Assembly: GCA_963817535.1 (NCBI GenBank)
Contig: CAWFOW010000001.1
Location: 28,225-92,224 of the forward strand
DNA from: an uncultured Alphaproteobacteria bacterium
GTDB lineage: Bacteria; Pseudomonadota; Alphaproteobacteria; MPNO01; DASWLB01
Direction: 5' to 3'
Length of the DNA: 64,000 nt
Shown here: piece after piece, positions 8,080 to 18,954 of the stretch
How the letters are laid out: each line of letters starts with the position of its first letter
Position numbering within the stretch: position 1 is the first letter of the stretch
The notes under the pieces: model-generated
The model's database searches: none
Told to the model about the DNA's origin: nothing
The model's input: the letters and a program-made list of their open reading frames with translations, nothing else
Translations under genes and position numbers: made by a program

Positions 8080-9327
8080 ATGGAGATCTTGATCGTCGGC
8101 GGCGGGATCGGCGGGCTGAGCCTCGCCCTCGCCCTCGACCACGCCAAGCTCGGAGCCGGCGTGAAGGTGTGCGAGGCGGCGACCTCGTTCCTGCCGCTCG
8201 GCGTCGGCATCAACCTGCTGCCGCATGCGATGAACGCGCTCACGACACTCGGCGTCGCCGATGCGCTGGCGAAGGTGGCGGTCGAGCCGAAGGAGTTCGC
8301 CTATTTCACGCATCACGGCCAGCATGTGCTGAGCGAGCCGTGCGGGCTGAACGGTGGCTACGCCATGCGGCATTTGTCTGCCCATCGCGGCGACCTGCAT
8401 TCGGTGCTGCACGATGCCGTGTGCGGGCGGTTGGGACGCGACGCGGTCGTGCTCGACCATCGCTGCGTCGGCGTCGACCAGGACGCCGATGGGGCGGTCG
8501 CGCATTTCGTGGACCACGAAGGGCGTCGCTTGCCGGACCGGCGTGCCGACATCATCGTCGCCTGCGATGGAATCCATTCGGCCGTGCGCAAGCAGTTCTA
8601 TCCCGCGGAAGGCGCGCCGGCGTTCCACGGCATCAACATGTGGCGCGGCGTGACGCGCGCAAAGCCGTTCCTGACCGGGGCCAGCGTCACCCGGATCGGC
8701 GGGCTGTTCACGACCAACAAGCTGCTGTTCTACCCGATCCGCAACGACATCGACGGCCAGGGAACGCAGCTCGTCAACTGGTCGGTGGAGGTCGTGACCG
8801 ACCAGCACGAGCCGGCCGACTGGCACCGGCGCGGCCGGCTCGAGGATTTCTACCCGATCTTCCAGGACTGGAGCTTCGACTGGCTCGATGCTGCCGCCAT
8901 GCTGCGCAACGCCGAGTTCATCCTGACCTACCCGATGGTCGATCGCGATCCCGTCGACCGCTTCGCATTCGGGCGCATCGCGCTTCTCGGCGACGCCGCC
9001 CACCCGATGTATCCGCGCGGCGGGAACGGCGGTGCGCAGGCGATCCTCGACGCCATGACCATCGCGCGGCTGCTCAAGGCCGGCGACGATCCCGTCGCGA
9101 CGCTCAAGGCCTATGAAGCCGAGCGGGTGGGGCCGACGATGCGCATCGTGCTGGAGAACCGCACGCGGCCGCCCGACCTGATCATCGATACGGTCGAGCG
9201 GCTGACCAGCGGCAAGCGGTTCGAGCGTCTCGAGGACGTGATCAGCCGGGAGGAGCTCCAGGCCATCTCCGACAGCTACAAGAAGGTGGCCGGCTGGGAT
9301 GTGGCGGCGGTCGCCCGCGGCAGGTGA
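8080..9327 (+). CDS. Flavin-dependent aromatic monooxygenase (salicylate hydroxylase/PhzS-like group)
   Basis: GGGIGG FAD motif, ACDGIHS, LLGDAAHPMYP. Confidence 0.88.
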   Translation: MEILIVGGGIGGLSLALALDHAKLGAGVKVCEAATSFLPLGVGINLLPHAMNALTTLGVADALAKVAVEPKEFAYFTHHGQHVLSEPCGLNGGYAMRHLSAHRGDLHSVLHDAVCGRLGRDAVVLDHRCVGVDQDADGAVAHFVDHEGRRLPDRRADIIVACDGIHSAVRKQFYPAEGAPAFHGINMWRGVTRAKPFLTGASVTRIGGLFTTNKLLFYPIRNDIDGQGTQLVNWSVEVVTDQHEPADWHRRGRLEDFYPIFQDWSFDWLDAAAMLRNAEFILTYPMVDRDPVDRFAFGRIALLGDAAHPMYPRGGNGGAQAILDAMTIARLLKAGDDPVATLKAYEAERVGPTMRIVLENRTRPPDLIIDTVERLTSGKRFERLEDVISREELQAISDSYKKVAGWDVAAVARGR

Positions 9328-9465
9328 GTGCCGTCCCCCGGTCCGGGGCGGGCTGAAGCCGGGCTGCGGATCGAGCTAGGCAAGACTCGGCGTCAGTGCC
9401 ATCATTTTGGCGAATCCAGCGGTCGTCTGGGTTCGGCAAATTTGGATCGCTATGGGGGGGAAGTC

Positions 9466-10848
9466 ATGGCGAGTATCGGAGCGGCCGCCGGCGGCGCCGG
9501 CAGCCTGAGGGACATCAACGCGCGGCTCGAGCGGCTGCCCTACTGTTCCTGGCACACCAAGATGCGGCTCATCTTCGGGACCGCATGGTTCTTCGACGCG
9601 TTCGATTCACTGGCGATCGCGTATGTTCTTCCGGTCCTGATCGGGTTGTGGAAGCTGGCGCCGGGACAGATCGGCGCGCTGATCTCGATCGGCTTCGCCG
9701 GCCAGCTCATCGGGTCGGTCGTCGCCGGCTGGATGGCCGAGCGCTGGGGCCGCATTCCGACGGCGATGCTGACGCTTCTGATCTTCACGCTCGGCTCGCT
9801 CGCCTGCGCGTTCGTCACCTCCTACGACCAGCTCTTCTGGTTCCGCTTCATCCAGGGGCTTGGGCTCGGCGGCGAAGTGCCGATCATGGCGGCCTACGTC
9901 AACGAGTTCGCGAAGGCCGAGCGGCGCGGCCGGTTCTCGCTGGGGCTTCAGGTGCTGTTCGCCGTCGGTCTGTTCATCGTCGGGCTGGTGGGGGTGTGGG
10001 TCGTGCCGCATCTCGGCTGGCACTGGATGTTCATCATCGGTGCCGTGCCGGCACTGATCGTGTTCCCGATGCGGACCATGCTGCCCGAGTCGCCGCGCTG
10101 GCTGGCGAGTCGCGGCCGCGCGGCCGACGCCAACCGGGCGATCGAGCGCATCGAGACGGTCGCCCAGGCCGAAGGCAAGACGCTGCCGCCGCTGCCCGCC
10201 TCGCTGCCGCCGGTGCAGGAGGCGCAGACGCGCTTCGGCGACCTGTTCAAGGGGCTCTACGCCAAGCGCACGGTGACGCTGTGGATGCTGTGGATCTGCA
10301 CCTACATCATCACCTATGGCCTGACGGCGTGGGCGCCTTCGCTGTTCCGCACGGTCTACAAGCTGCCGCTGCAGCAGTCGCTGACCTACGGCTTCGCGCT
10401 GAGCGGCATCGGGCTGATCGGCGCGTTCGCCACCGTCTGGCTGCTTGACGCGCTCGGCCGCAAGAAGCTGTTCTCGATCGGGTTGATCGTCGGCTGCCTG
10501 CCACTGCTGGCGTTCGTCGCCATCAAGCAGCCATCGGCGGCCGAGGTGCTGACCATGATCTGCCTCAGCTTCGTGTTCATAACGCCACTGGCACTCGGCC
10601 TCGCCACCTTCACGGCGGAGAGCTATCCGAACCACATGCGGGCGCTCGGCGGCGGCGTGGCCGGCGCGTGGCAGCGCGGTGCGTCGATGGTCGGCCCGCT
10701 GCTGGTCGGGTTCATCCTGCCGCACTGGGGCCTCAACGCGGTGTTCGTGGTGTTCGGGTGCTTCGCGCTGCTGGGCGGCCTGATCTGCATCGTCTTCGGC
10801 CACGAGACGAAGGGACGGGTGCTGGAGGAAATCTCCCCGGTCGTCTGA
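9466..10848 (+). CDS. MFS transporter (aromatic acid/sugar porter type)
   Basis: About 12 hydrophobic segments; AERWGR, PESPRWL, ETKG motifs. Confidence 0.9.
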   Translation: MASIGAAAGGAGSLRDINARLERLPYCSWHTKMRLIFGTAWFFDAFDSLAIAYVLPVLIGLWKLAPGQIGALISIGFAGQLIGSVVAGWMAERWGRIPTAMLTLLIFTLGSLACAFVTSYDQLFWFRFIQGLGLGGEVPIMAAYVNEFAKAERRGRFSLGLQVLFAVGLFIVGLVGVWVVPHLGWHWMFIIGAVPALIVFPMRTMLPESPRWLASRGRAADANRAIERIETVAQAEGKTLPPLPASLPPVQEAQTRFGDLFKGLYAKRTVTLWMLWICTYIITYGLTAWAPSLFRTVYKLPLQQSLTYGFALSGIGLIGAFATVWLLDALGRKKLFSIGLIVGCLPLLAFVAIKQPSAAEVLTMICLSFVFITPLALGLATFTAESYPNHMRALGGGVAGAWQRGASMVGPLLVGFILPHWGLNAVFVVFGCFALLGGLICIVFGHETKGRVLEEISPVV

Positions 10849-10869
10849 CGCGGGGCGATCGGGCGTAAG

Positions 10870-12648
10870 TCAGGTCCCGCCGGCGAGTTGGCGGCGCTTT
10901 GCCGCCGTCTCGTCGGCGCGCACCTTGCCAGCCTCGTCGAGAACGACGCCGTAAAGCTCGGCAGCCGCCTCGCGCGAGACGTAGCCTTCGCGCACGTCCG
11001 CCTCGACCTTCGCAGGGTCGCGCCGCAGCGGATCGCCATAGCCGCCGCCGCCCGAGGTCTCCACCCGCACCTTGTCGCCTGGCACGATCGGCTTGTTCGC
11101 CTTGCGCACCTCCTCGGGCGGCCGGTTGCCGTGCTCGACGGTGATGCAGGGCCGCGCCCCGTCGCGCCCGCCGCGGATTCCCCAGGGCGGACAGCCGGTC
11201 CGCTCGTTGAACACGTGCACGTTGCAAGGCACCAGCGGTTCCATCACCTTCTCGAGCCCGGTGCCGCCACGCCATTCGCCCGCGCCGGCCGAGTCCGGCC
11301 GCACCTGCCAGCTTTCGACACGCAGCGGATAGAGCGCCTCCTGCACCTCGATCGGGATGTCGAGCGTGTCGCCGTGGCTCATCGTCTTGTAGTGCGCCGG
11401 CCCGTCATGGCCCTTCGAGGCACCCCAGCCGCCATCCGCCGCGCTGAGATTGTAGAACGGCTCGCCGGTTTTCGGGTCGCGGCCCGCCAGGCTGTGGATG
11501 CAGAAATTGCCGTGATGCGCGGCGGCGACGTGATCGGGCGCCGCGTCGACCAGCGCCTTCACCACCGTGTCGATCACGGTCGGCAGCGGTGCGCTGTAGA
11601 GCCCCATCGGCGCCGTGCCCGCCGCGCTCAGGAACTTGCCGTCGGGGATCACCACCTTCAGCGGGCGGAAGCTGCCGTCGTTCGCCGGCTCGTCCGGCGC
11701 CGCGATATATTTGAACGCGATGCGCGCGGCTGTGACCGCGCCGCCCTCGCGCCCCGAATTGATCGGCCCCTTCACCTGGTCGGCGACGCCCGAGAAATCG
11801 ACAGTCATCTCGTCGCCTTCGACGGTGACGACCACGTCGACCGGCATCTTCTTGTCGAGTTCGACACCGTCATTGTCGAGGAACGAGCTGCCGCGATAGA
11901 CGCCGTCAGGAATCTTCGCGATGGCCGCGCGCGCCGCCGCCTCCGACCGGCGCCACATCAGCTCGACCGAGGCGCGCACAGCGGAAAGCCCGTACTTCTC
12001 GACCTGGGCCGCGATCAGGTCGCGCCCCATCAGGCAGCCGGCGAGCTGGGACTCGATGTCGCCCAGCAGCATGCGGGGGAAGCGCGTGTTGTTCTCGATG
12101 ATGCGGTAGATGTCCTTCAAGGGCTTGCCGCGCGACCACAGCTTGACCGAGCGGAACTGGATGCCCTCCTGGTAGATCTCGGTCGGGCCGACCGGCGCGC
12201 ACGAGCCGACGACCATCCCGCCCACGTCGATCCAATGCACCAGAACGCACATGAACGCGACGCATTCGTCGCCGGCGAACACCGGCGTGTACATCACCAC
12301 GTTGTTCAAATGCTGACCCAGCGTGGCGGCATGGTTGGAGAAGATCACGTCGCCGGGCTCGATCCCGTCGCGGCCGTGAATCTCGATGCCGTCGTTGACC
12401 GCCGTGCCGAGCGCGTTGGCGACGAACAGCGGAATGCCGCCCGAGGACTGTGAGATCAGCCGCCCCTGGGGATCGACGATGCCGACGGCATAATCCTTGT
12501 ATTCGTAGACCAGCGGGCTGTAGGCGGTGCGGGTGATGTTCACGTCGATCTGGTTGGGGATCGACAGCAGCCCATAGCGGATGATCTCCGCGGTGATCGG
12601 GTTGACGGTACCCGCCTGCGTCTCGATCGTCGCCGTGTCGGGGGCCAT
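10870..12648 (-). CDS. Hydantoinase B / 5-oxoprolinase family subunit
   Basis: HLNN, HWIDVGG, EIYQEG, DSAGAGEWRGG, SGGGGYGDP. Confidence 0.9.
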   Translation of the reverse strand: MAPDTATIETQAGTVNPITAEIIRYGLLSIPNQIDVNITRTAYSPLVYEYKDYAVGIVDPQGRLISQSSGGIPLFVANALGTAVNDGIEIHGRDGIEPGDVIFSNHAATLGQHLNNVVMYTPVFAGDECVAFMCVLVHWIDVGGMVVGSCAPVGPTEIYQEGIQFRSVKLWSRGKPLKDIYRIIENNTRFPRMLLGDIESQLAGCLMGRDLIAAQVEKYGLSAVRASVELMWRRSEAAARAAIAKIPDGVYRGSSFLDNDGVELDKKMPVDVVVTVEGDEMTVDFSGVADQVKGPINSGREGGAVTAARIAFKYIAAPDEPANDGSFRPLKVVIPDGKFLSAAGTAPMGLYSAPLPTVIDTVVKALVDAAPDHVAAAHHGNFCIHSLAGRDPKTGEPFYNLSAADGGWGASKGHDGPAHYKTMSHGDTLDIPIEVQEALYPLRVESWQVRPDSAGAGEWRGGTGLEKVMEPLVPCNVHVFNERTGCPPWGIRGGRDGARPCITVEHGNRPPEEVRKANKPIVPGDKVRVETSGGGGYGDPLRRDPAKVEADVREGYVSREAAAELYGVVLDEAGKVRADETAAKRRQLAGGT

Positions 12649-12655
12649 GGTTGCC

Positions 12656-14704
12656 TCACTCGCAGTGAATGCGGATTTCGCCGAGCGCGCCGATCTCGAA
12701 CCGGTCGTCCGGCCCGACGACGGTGGTCGAGCCGTACTCCTCGATGATCGCCGGGCCGCTGCCGGTCGTGCCGACGGCGAGGTTCGCGCGGTGCAGCACC
12801 GGCGTCGCGATCCGGCCGCGCGTCCCGAAATGGACCGAGCGCGATGCGGGTGCCGCGGGCGCGTTGCCGTTCGGCGTAGGGCGCAGCCCGGCGAGGTTCG
12901 GGCGCTCGATGCGGCCCGCCCCGGTGAGCACCAGCCCGACGAACTCGATGGGCGAGTTCACCTCGACATGGCCGTACTTGCGCTCGTAGGTCGTCTCGAA
13001 GGCGCGGCGCATTTCGGCAATGTCGCGCGCGTCGCCCAGCGGCGTCCGCAGCGTATGGCGCTGGCCGCGGAAGCGCATGTCGGCCTGGCGCTCGAACGTG
13101 ATCTCGGGGGCGTCGAGCTCGCGCTCGAGCTGGGCGCGCATCGCCGATTCCATCTCGGTGAAGATGCGCTCGGCCTCGGCAATTCCCTCGGGCGACAGGT
13201 CGCGCAGGAAGGTGCGCGTCTCGTCGACGCGTGCGTCGGCAAGGATCATGCCGAGCGCCGAGAAGATGCCCGGCTCGGGCGGAACGATCACCAGCGGAAT
13301 CGAAAGCTCGCGCGCGATCTGCGCCGCGTGCAACGGCCCGCCGCCGCCGAATGCGAACAGCGCGAACTCGCGCGGGTCGAGGCCGCGCTCGATGGTCACC
13401 TGGCGGATCGCGCCGGCCATGGTCATGGTGCCGAGCGCGAGGATGCCCTCGGCCGTCGCGTCGAGCCCCGTCGTGCCGGAGAATCCGAGCGGAGCCGCAA
13501 CGTGCGTCTCGATGGCGGTGCGGGCCCCGGCCGCGTCGAGCTGCATCTCGCCGCCAAGGAACGACTTCGCGCCGATCCGGCCCAGCACCAGGTTGGCGTC
13601 GGTGATGGTGGGTTCAGTCCCGCCATTGCCATAGCACACGGGTCCGGGGTTCGAGCCCGCGCTGCGCGGCCCGACATGCAGCCCGCCCTGCGGGTCGATC
13701 CACGCGATGGAGCCGCCCCCCGCGCCGACCTCGACGATGTCGAGCACGGCGCCGCGCACCGGGAAGCCGCGCTCGAGCCCGCCGACATAGTAGGGCGACT
13801 TGACCTCGAACCGTCCGTTCTCGACCACCGCGCATTTCGCCGTGGTGCCGCCCATGTCGAATGCGATCGCCTTGGCGATGCCAAGCGCGTCGGCATAGAC
13901 GCCGGTGCCGATGCAGCCGCCGACCGGGCCGGATTCGACCAGCATCACCGGCTGGCTCTCGGCGCGCGCGACGGAGAAGACGCCGCCGTTGGACGCCATC
14001 AGGTAGAAGCTGCGCGACAGCCCGTCGCGGCGCAGCCGGTCGTCGAGCCGCTCGACGTAATCCTTGAGGCGCGGCCCGACATAGGCGTTGGCGACCGCGG
14101 TCGCGGTCCGCTCGAACTCGTACCATTCGCGGGTGAGCTCGGTCCCGGCGGTGACGTACGTGTCGGGCAGAAGCTCGCGAAACAGCGCCGCAGCCTCGTC
14201 CTCGTGCCGGGTTTCGTTGTACGAGTTGAGGAACGAGATGGCGATGGCCTCGATGCCGAGCGCGCGCATCCGGTCGGCGAGCGCCATCGCCGCCTCGCGG
14301 TCGAGCGGGCGCAACACCTCGCCCTCGGCGCCGATCCGCTCGGGCAGCTCGAAGCGCAGATCGCGCGCGACCAGCACGGGGTCGCGCTTGTAGCGGAAGT
14401 CGAACGGGATCGGGCGGTTGCCGCGACCGATCTCCAATATGTCGCGAAAGCCCTCGGTGGTGACCAGCGCGGTCTTCGCACCGTTGCGCTCGATGAACGT
14501 GTTGATGACCAGGGTCGTGCCGAACTTCACCACCTCGGCCCGGTCCAGCGCGATGCCGGCCTTGCGGATGCAGTCCATCACACCTTCGACCAGGTCGGCG
14601 TGTGTGGTCAGGCTCTTGGTGTAGATCACACGGCCCCGGTCGCGGTCGAACGCCGCGAGATCGGTAAAGGTGCCGCCCGTGTCAGCGGCGAGAATATAGG
14701 TCAT
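12656..14704 (-). CDS. Hydantoinase A / 5-oxoprolinase family ATP-binding subunit
   Basis: DTGGTFTD, ESGPVGG, DMGGTT, GAGGGSIA, FGGGGPLH. Confidence 0.9.
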   Translation of the reverse strand: MTYILAADTGGTFTDLAAFDRDRGRVIYTKSLTTHADLVEGVMDCIRKAGIALDRAEVVKFGTTLVINTFIERNGAKTALVTTEGFRDILEIGRGNRPIPFDFRYKRDPVLVARDLRFELPERIGAEGEVLRPLDREAAMALADRMRALGIEAIAISFLNSYNETRHEDEAAALFRELLPDTYVTAGTELTREWYEFERTATAVANAYVGPRLKDYVERLDDRLRRDGLSRSFYLMASNGGVFSVARAESQPVMLVESGPVGGCIGTGVYADALGIAKAIAFDMGGTTAKCAVVENGRFEVKSPYYVGGLERGFPVRGAVLDIVEVGAGGGSIAWIDPQGGLHVGPRSAGSNPGPVCYGNGGTEPTITDANLVLGRIGAKSFLGGEMQLDAAGARTAIETHVAAPLGFSGTTGLDATAEGILALGTMTMAGAIRQVTIERGLDPREFALFAFGGGGPLHAAQIARELSIPLVIVPPEPGIFSALGMILADARVDETRTFLRDLSPEGIAEAERIFTEMESAMRAQLERELDAPEITFERQADMRFRGQRHTLRTPLGDARDIAEMRRAFETTYERKYGHVEVNSPIEFVGLVLTGAGRIERPNLAGLRPTPNGNAPAAPASRSVHFGTRGRIATPVLHRANLAVGTTGSGPAIIEEYGSTTVVGPDDRFEIGALGEIRIHCE

Positions 14705-14999
14705 TGCGGTCCGGGGCGCGCTCTCTGGACAGGGGTTTCGATCCGTCGGCGCACTATAAGGCGGCGCCGACCGTTGCAACAGCCGTCAGCTGGCGTACCA
14801 TTGCCGGTCGCGGCCTGCGAACGGGCTGGTTTTGTGACAATTGTCCGCTATAGGGGCGATCGCCCGCGGGGGCGGTGGTCGTTCGGTGGTGACCGAATTG
14901 GGCGACCGTAGGAAAATGTCCTAACCTCGTCTCAACCACGTTATGAGACAAACCGGACGACGTGCATCGCACTCGGCCGGTGCACAGGAGGGGGTGGTC

Positions 15000-17672
15000 A
15001 TGGCGTTGTGGACTGGGGAGACCGCAGTCGCGCAGGGCAGCGGCGCGCATGCGGCGCATGTCGAGCGGATCGAAGCGCACGGGCACGGCGAAATTGTCGT
15101 GCCCGGGGCGGACTTCATCGTCCATGCGTCGTACGCGCGCGTCGGCCATGACCTGGTCCTGACCGGCGACGGCCGCGAGGTCGTCGTCCACGGGTTTTTC
15201 GATTCCGATACGCCCCCGAACCTGATTACGGGCGAGGGGGCGCGCGTCAGCGGCGCCCTTGCCGCCCATCTCGCCGGGCCTGTGGCGCCCGGCCAGTACG
15301 CCCAGGCCGGTCCGGCCGCCGGTTCGGGTACCGCGCTGATCGGCCATGTCGAATCGATCGAGGGGACCGTCACCGCGCGCCACACGGATGGCACCAGTTC
15401 TACGCTGACCCAGGGGGCATCGGTCTACCAGGGCGACGTGCTGCAGACCGGCGCCGGCGCCAAGCTCGGCGTCGTGTTCGTGGACAAGACGACTTTCACG
15501 CTCGGCGATAACGCGCGGATGGTGCTCAACGAGCTGATCTTCGATCCGGTCACTCATTCGGGCGCGGCGCATTTCTCGCTGCTGCAGGGCGTGTTCGTGG
15601 CGGTGACCGGCGAGATCGGCAAGCTGAACCACGATGCCGTGCAGATCGATACGCCGGTCGGCAATATCGGCATTCGCGGCACGCAGTTCGCCTGCCAGAT
15701 CGCCAATGCGGGTGGCCAGTCGATCTTCACCTTGATCTCCGGGGCGATCCTCGTGACCACCAGCGTCGCCTCGATCCTGCTCGATGTGCCCGGCCTCTCG
15801 ACGGTCTCGACCGGCTTCACCGGCGCGCTTGCCGCGCCGTTCATCCTTCCTCCGAGCCAGCAGCTGCAGACTTTCGGCGCCGCGCTCTCGCTGTCGCAGC
15901 AGCTTGCGCCGTTCCAGGTGAACCAGGGTCACGAGCAGAACCAGCAGAACGGCAACGAGGATCAGAATCAGGACGGGCAGCCGGACAACCAGACCGCCCC
16001 GCCGGCACCGGATGCGCCACCGCCGCCCCCACCGCCACCACCACCGCCCACGCCGCCCTTGGGCCTTGCGCCGCTGCCGCCATTGCCGCTGCCGCTGATC
16101 AAGGCGCTGGGTTCCAGCCTTGAGAGCCCGCCGTCCATTCAGCAGCTGGTGCAGCACCTGATTTTCGGCACCCCCGGGCCGGACGTCCTGCTCGGCACGC
16201 CCGGCGACGACACGATCTTCGGCGCTGGCGGCAACGACCGGATCGACGGCTCGGGCGGAAACGATTTCCTCTATGGCGACGCTGGCGACGACATGATCCT
16301 CGGCGGCGGCGGCAAGGATACGATCTTCTGGCAGGCGGGCGACGGCAACGATTCGATCGACGGCGGGGCCGGCAACGATTCGCTGGTCGTCACGGGCGAT
16401 GGGCTGGGCGACAACGTCTCGATCAACGCGGCCGCAATGGGCCATATCACAGTATCGGTCGCGTCCGGCCAGCGCAGCGAGATGCTGCACCTCGTCGGGG
16501 TCGAGCAGATCGCCGTCGCGACCGGTCCGGGCAACGACACCGTCACCATCGGCGATCTTTCGGGCACCGACATTTCCTCCAGCGGCATCGCGGTATCGCT
16601 GGGGGACGGGGACGACACGCTCAACGCGACGGGAACATCCGTTTCCGTGTACGGCTTCGGCGGCGCCGGCGTCAACTCCGTGATCGGCGGAAGCGGCGAC
16701 GATTTCCTCGATGGCGGGCCGGGCAACGATAATGTGATCGGCGGACCCGGCAACGACATCCTGTCCGGTGGAACCGGCGACGACTTTGTGCAGGGTGGGG
16801 CGGGCAACGACACGTTCCGCTACGATTTCGGCGACGGCAACGACACGATCTCGGATGCGAGCGGCAATGACCTGCTCCTGTTCGGCGGCGTGCCGAACGA
16901 CGCGTTCGATACCGCCATGCAGGTCGGCAGCGATCTCGTGATCACCCTGACCGATGGCGGCAGCGTTACGATCTCGGGCCAGTACGGCGGCAACACGGTC
17001 GAGACCGCGATCGACCTCAGGACCGGCGAGGTCTTCACCCTGCCCACCAGCAATATGGCCGGCAGCCTGTCGGGTCCCACCCTGCTCGCGGGGACGTCAG
17101 GTCCCGACACGCTGGTCGGCGGGCCAAGCGACGACCTGATCATTGGCAATGACGGCGACGACCAGCTGTTCGGCGGGGGTGGGAACGACCGGCTGGAAGG
17201 CGGGCTCGGGAACGACCGGATCGAGGGTGGGATCGGTCAGGACAAGATCGAGCTCGGTCCCGGCAACGACACGGTGGTGCTGGCCGGCCCGAGCGACGGC
17301 ACAATGATCGCGACCAACGTGGTGCACAGCGCATCTCAGACCGGCGACCTGCTGGAGGATTTCCAGACCGGTCAGGACACGATCGAGATCGACTTCTCGA
17401 CCTTCAGCGTGTCGCTGGTAACTTCTGGCTCGACCGGAACGCTTGTGGATGGGGCGAACTTCTCGACCATCACGACGGCCTATGACGGTACAAATCCGGG
17501 GACGAGCACGGACTACAACTCGGCCGGCGTGTTCATCTACTCGACCGCGGACCAGACGCTCTATCACGACGACAATGGCGCCTCGGCCGGCTACACCGTG
17601 GTCGCGACGCTGGAGGGGGTCGCGCCGGGCACCGTCGCGCTCCATGCGAGCGACGTCGGGGTGCCCAGCTAG
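15000..17672 (+). CDS. FecR-like domain protein with poly-Pro linker and RTX (hemolysin-type Ca-binding) repeats
   Basis: FecR-like GDVLQTG...DTPVGNIGIRGT; PPPPPPPPPP linker; many GGxGxDx(I/L) nonapeptides. Confidence 0.8.
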   Translation: MALWTGETAVAQGSGAHAAHVERIEAHGHGEIVVPGADFIVHASYARVGHDLVLTGDGREVVVHGFFDSDTPPNLITGEGARVSGALAAHLAGPVAPGQYAQAGPAAGSGTALIGHVESIEGTVTARHTDGTSSTLTQGASVYQGDVLQTGAGAKLGVVFVDKTTFTLGDNARMVLNELIFDPVTHSGAAHFSLLQGVFVAVTGEIGKLNHDAVQIDTPVGNIGIRGTQFACQIANAGGQSIFTLISGAILVTTSVASILLDVPGLSTVSTGFTGALAAPFILPPSQQLQTFGAALSLSQQLAPFQVNQGHEQNQQNGNEDQNQDGQPDNQTAPPAPDAPPPPPPPPPPPTPPLGLAPLPPLPLPLIKALGSSLESPPSIQQLVQHLIFGTPGPDVLLGTPGDDTIFGAGGNDRIDGSGGNDFLYGDAGDDMILGGGGKDTIFWQAGDGNDSIDGGAGNDSLVVTGDGLGDNVSINAAAMGHITVSVASGQRSEMLHLVGVEQIAVATGPGNDTVTIGDLSGTDISSSGIAVSLGDGDDTLNATGTSVSVYGFGGAGVNSVIGGSGDDFLDGGPGNDNVIGGPGNDILSGGTGDDFVQGGAGNDTFRYDFGDGNDTISDASGNDLLLFGGVPNDAFDTAMQVGSDLVITLTDGGSVTISGQYGGNTVETAIDLRTGEVFTLPTSNMAGSLSGPTLLAGTSGPDTLVGGPSDDLIIGNDGDDQLFGGGGNDRLEGGLGNDRIEGGIGQDKIELGPGNDTVVLAGPSDGTMIATNVVHSASQTGDLLEDFQTGQDTIEIDFSTFSVSLVTSGSTGTLVDGANFSTITTAYDGTNPGTSTDYNSAGVFIYSTADQTLYHDDNGASAGYTVVATLEGVAPGTVALHASDVGVPS

Positions 17673-17866
17673 CCGTAAGAGGGCGCCGCACAGCTTGATG
17701 AGTAAATCGAAGAAATTTCCATAAATATATGATTCGAAATTGAAAAATTGGTTTACAGGGCCTTAAGCGAAGCCGCGTGAGAGTGGGTCCGCCGCAGCCG
17801 ATCCGGTCCCGACCGGTGGAATGGCCGCGTGCTGGTACGGCAACCTCTGACGCGTGGTGACCGATC

Positions 17867-18820
17867 GTGGACGCCAGCAGACACCCGCTCCGAAAGACCC
17901 GTCCGGCGCTCGACAATCCGGGATCGTCAAAGCTGGCGATCCTGGCGGGCGTGGCGGCACTGATTCTCGCGCTTGCGCTTCTTCCGCCACCGGGTGTCCT
18001 GGAGCCGCCCTTGCCCGGGCTGGGCGGTCCGGCCCCGCGTGGCGAGGTCCTGCGGTCTCCGACGGCCGTGGGGCTCAGCGGCATGTTCGCTGCGCGCGGC
18101 TACCAGCTCGAAACGGCAGGCCGCGAGCGTGGCGTGCCCCGGCTGTTCCTCGAGACGCTGCCCGCGGCGCTTGGCGAACTCGACGACGTCGACCAGGTGA
18201 AGTCGCTCTTCCTCCTCGGCGTGCTGCCGATGGTGCTCGAGGTCAACGACGTGATCCGTACCCAGCGCGAGCGCCTCCTTGCACTGGAACGCCGCATGCG
18301 CGCGGGCAAGATCCTGGGCGCGCAGGATCAGGCTTGGCTCGACCGCCTCAAGCGGCGCTACCGCGTGAAGGGCGACGTCGCGATGCTGAAGGCGCGCGTC
18401 GACGTGATCCCGCCCGCGCTGGCCCTGGCCCAGGCCGCGGTGGAAAGCGACTGGGGCCGGTCGCGCTTCGCCCGCGCCGGCAACGCGCTGTTCGGTCAGT
18501 GGACGTTCCGCCGCGACGAGGGCATGAAGCCGAACGAGGCGGAGGAGGGCTCGCGCCACCGGGTCCGCCAGTTCGACCGGCTGATGGATTCGGTCGCTGC
18601 CTATGCGATGAACCTCAACACCCATGCCGCCTACGCCCCGTTCCGTCGCGAGCGCGCGGCGATGCGCGCGGCCGGCGCGCCGCTGGACGCGTACACGCTG
18701 GCGGGGCACCTCTCCCTCTATTCCGAGCAGCGCGACGCCTATGTCATCACTCTGCGCCGCGTGATCCGCGACAACGAGCTGTCGCGGCTGCGCGAGGCCC
18801 GTCTGGTCGCGCCGTCATAG
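17867..18820 (+). CDS. Bax-like glucosaminidase (GH73-type) domain protein
   Basis: N-terminal TM segment; LAQAAVESDWGRSRFA, NALFGQW, NLNTHAAY, YSE motifs. Confidence 0.8.
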   Translation: MDASRHPLRKTRPALDNPGSSKLAILAGVAALILALALLPPPGVLEPPLPGLGGPAPRGEVLRSPTAVGLSGMFAARGYQLETAGRERGVPRLFLETLPAALGELDDVDQVKSLFLLGVLPMVLEVNDVIRTQRERLLALERRMRAGKILGAQDQAWLDRLKRRYRVKGDVAMLKARVDVIPPALALAQAAVESDWGRSRFARAGNALFGQWTFRRDEGMKPNEAEEGSRHRVRQFDRLMDSVAAYAMNLNTHAAYAPFRRERAAMRAAGAPLDAYTLAGHLSLYSEQRDAYVITLRRVIRDNELSRLREARLVAPS

Positions 18821-18954
18821 CGCCATAAGGGCATCGCCTTCGGCGCCGTCCTGTGGCGGACAAGCTGCCGGGTGGCGCGGCCGGAAGTGCGAACGTATGC
18901 TCGGCGGTTGACGCGAATGCGGGTGCGCGGCGCGACGACGGAGCAGGGGGACTC

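Noticed and set aside
12581-14911. 776-aa plus-strand ORF, and similar long ORFs at 46626..48659, 41170..43008 and 14754..16490
   Set aside because: Antisense shadows of well-supported genes, common in high-GC DNA.
16015-16095. CCG/CCA-rich run as a possible repeat element
   Set aside because: It simply encodes the poly-proline linker.
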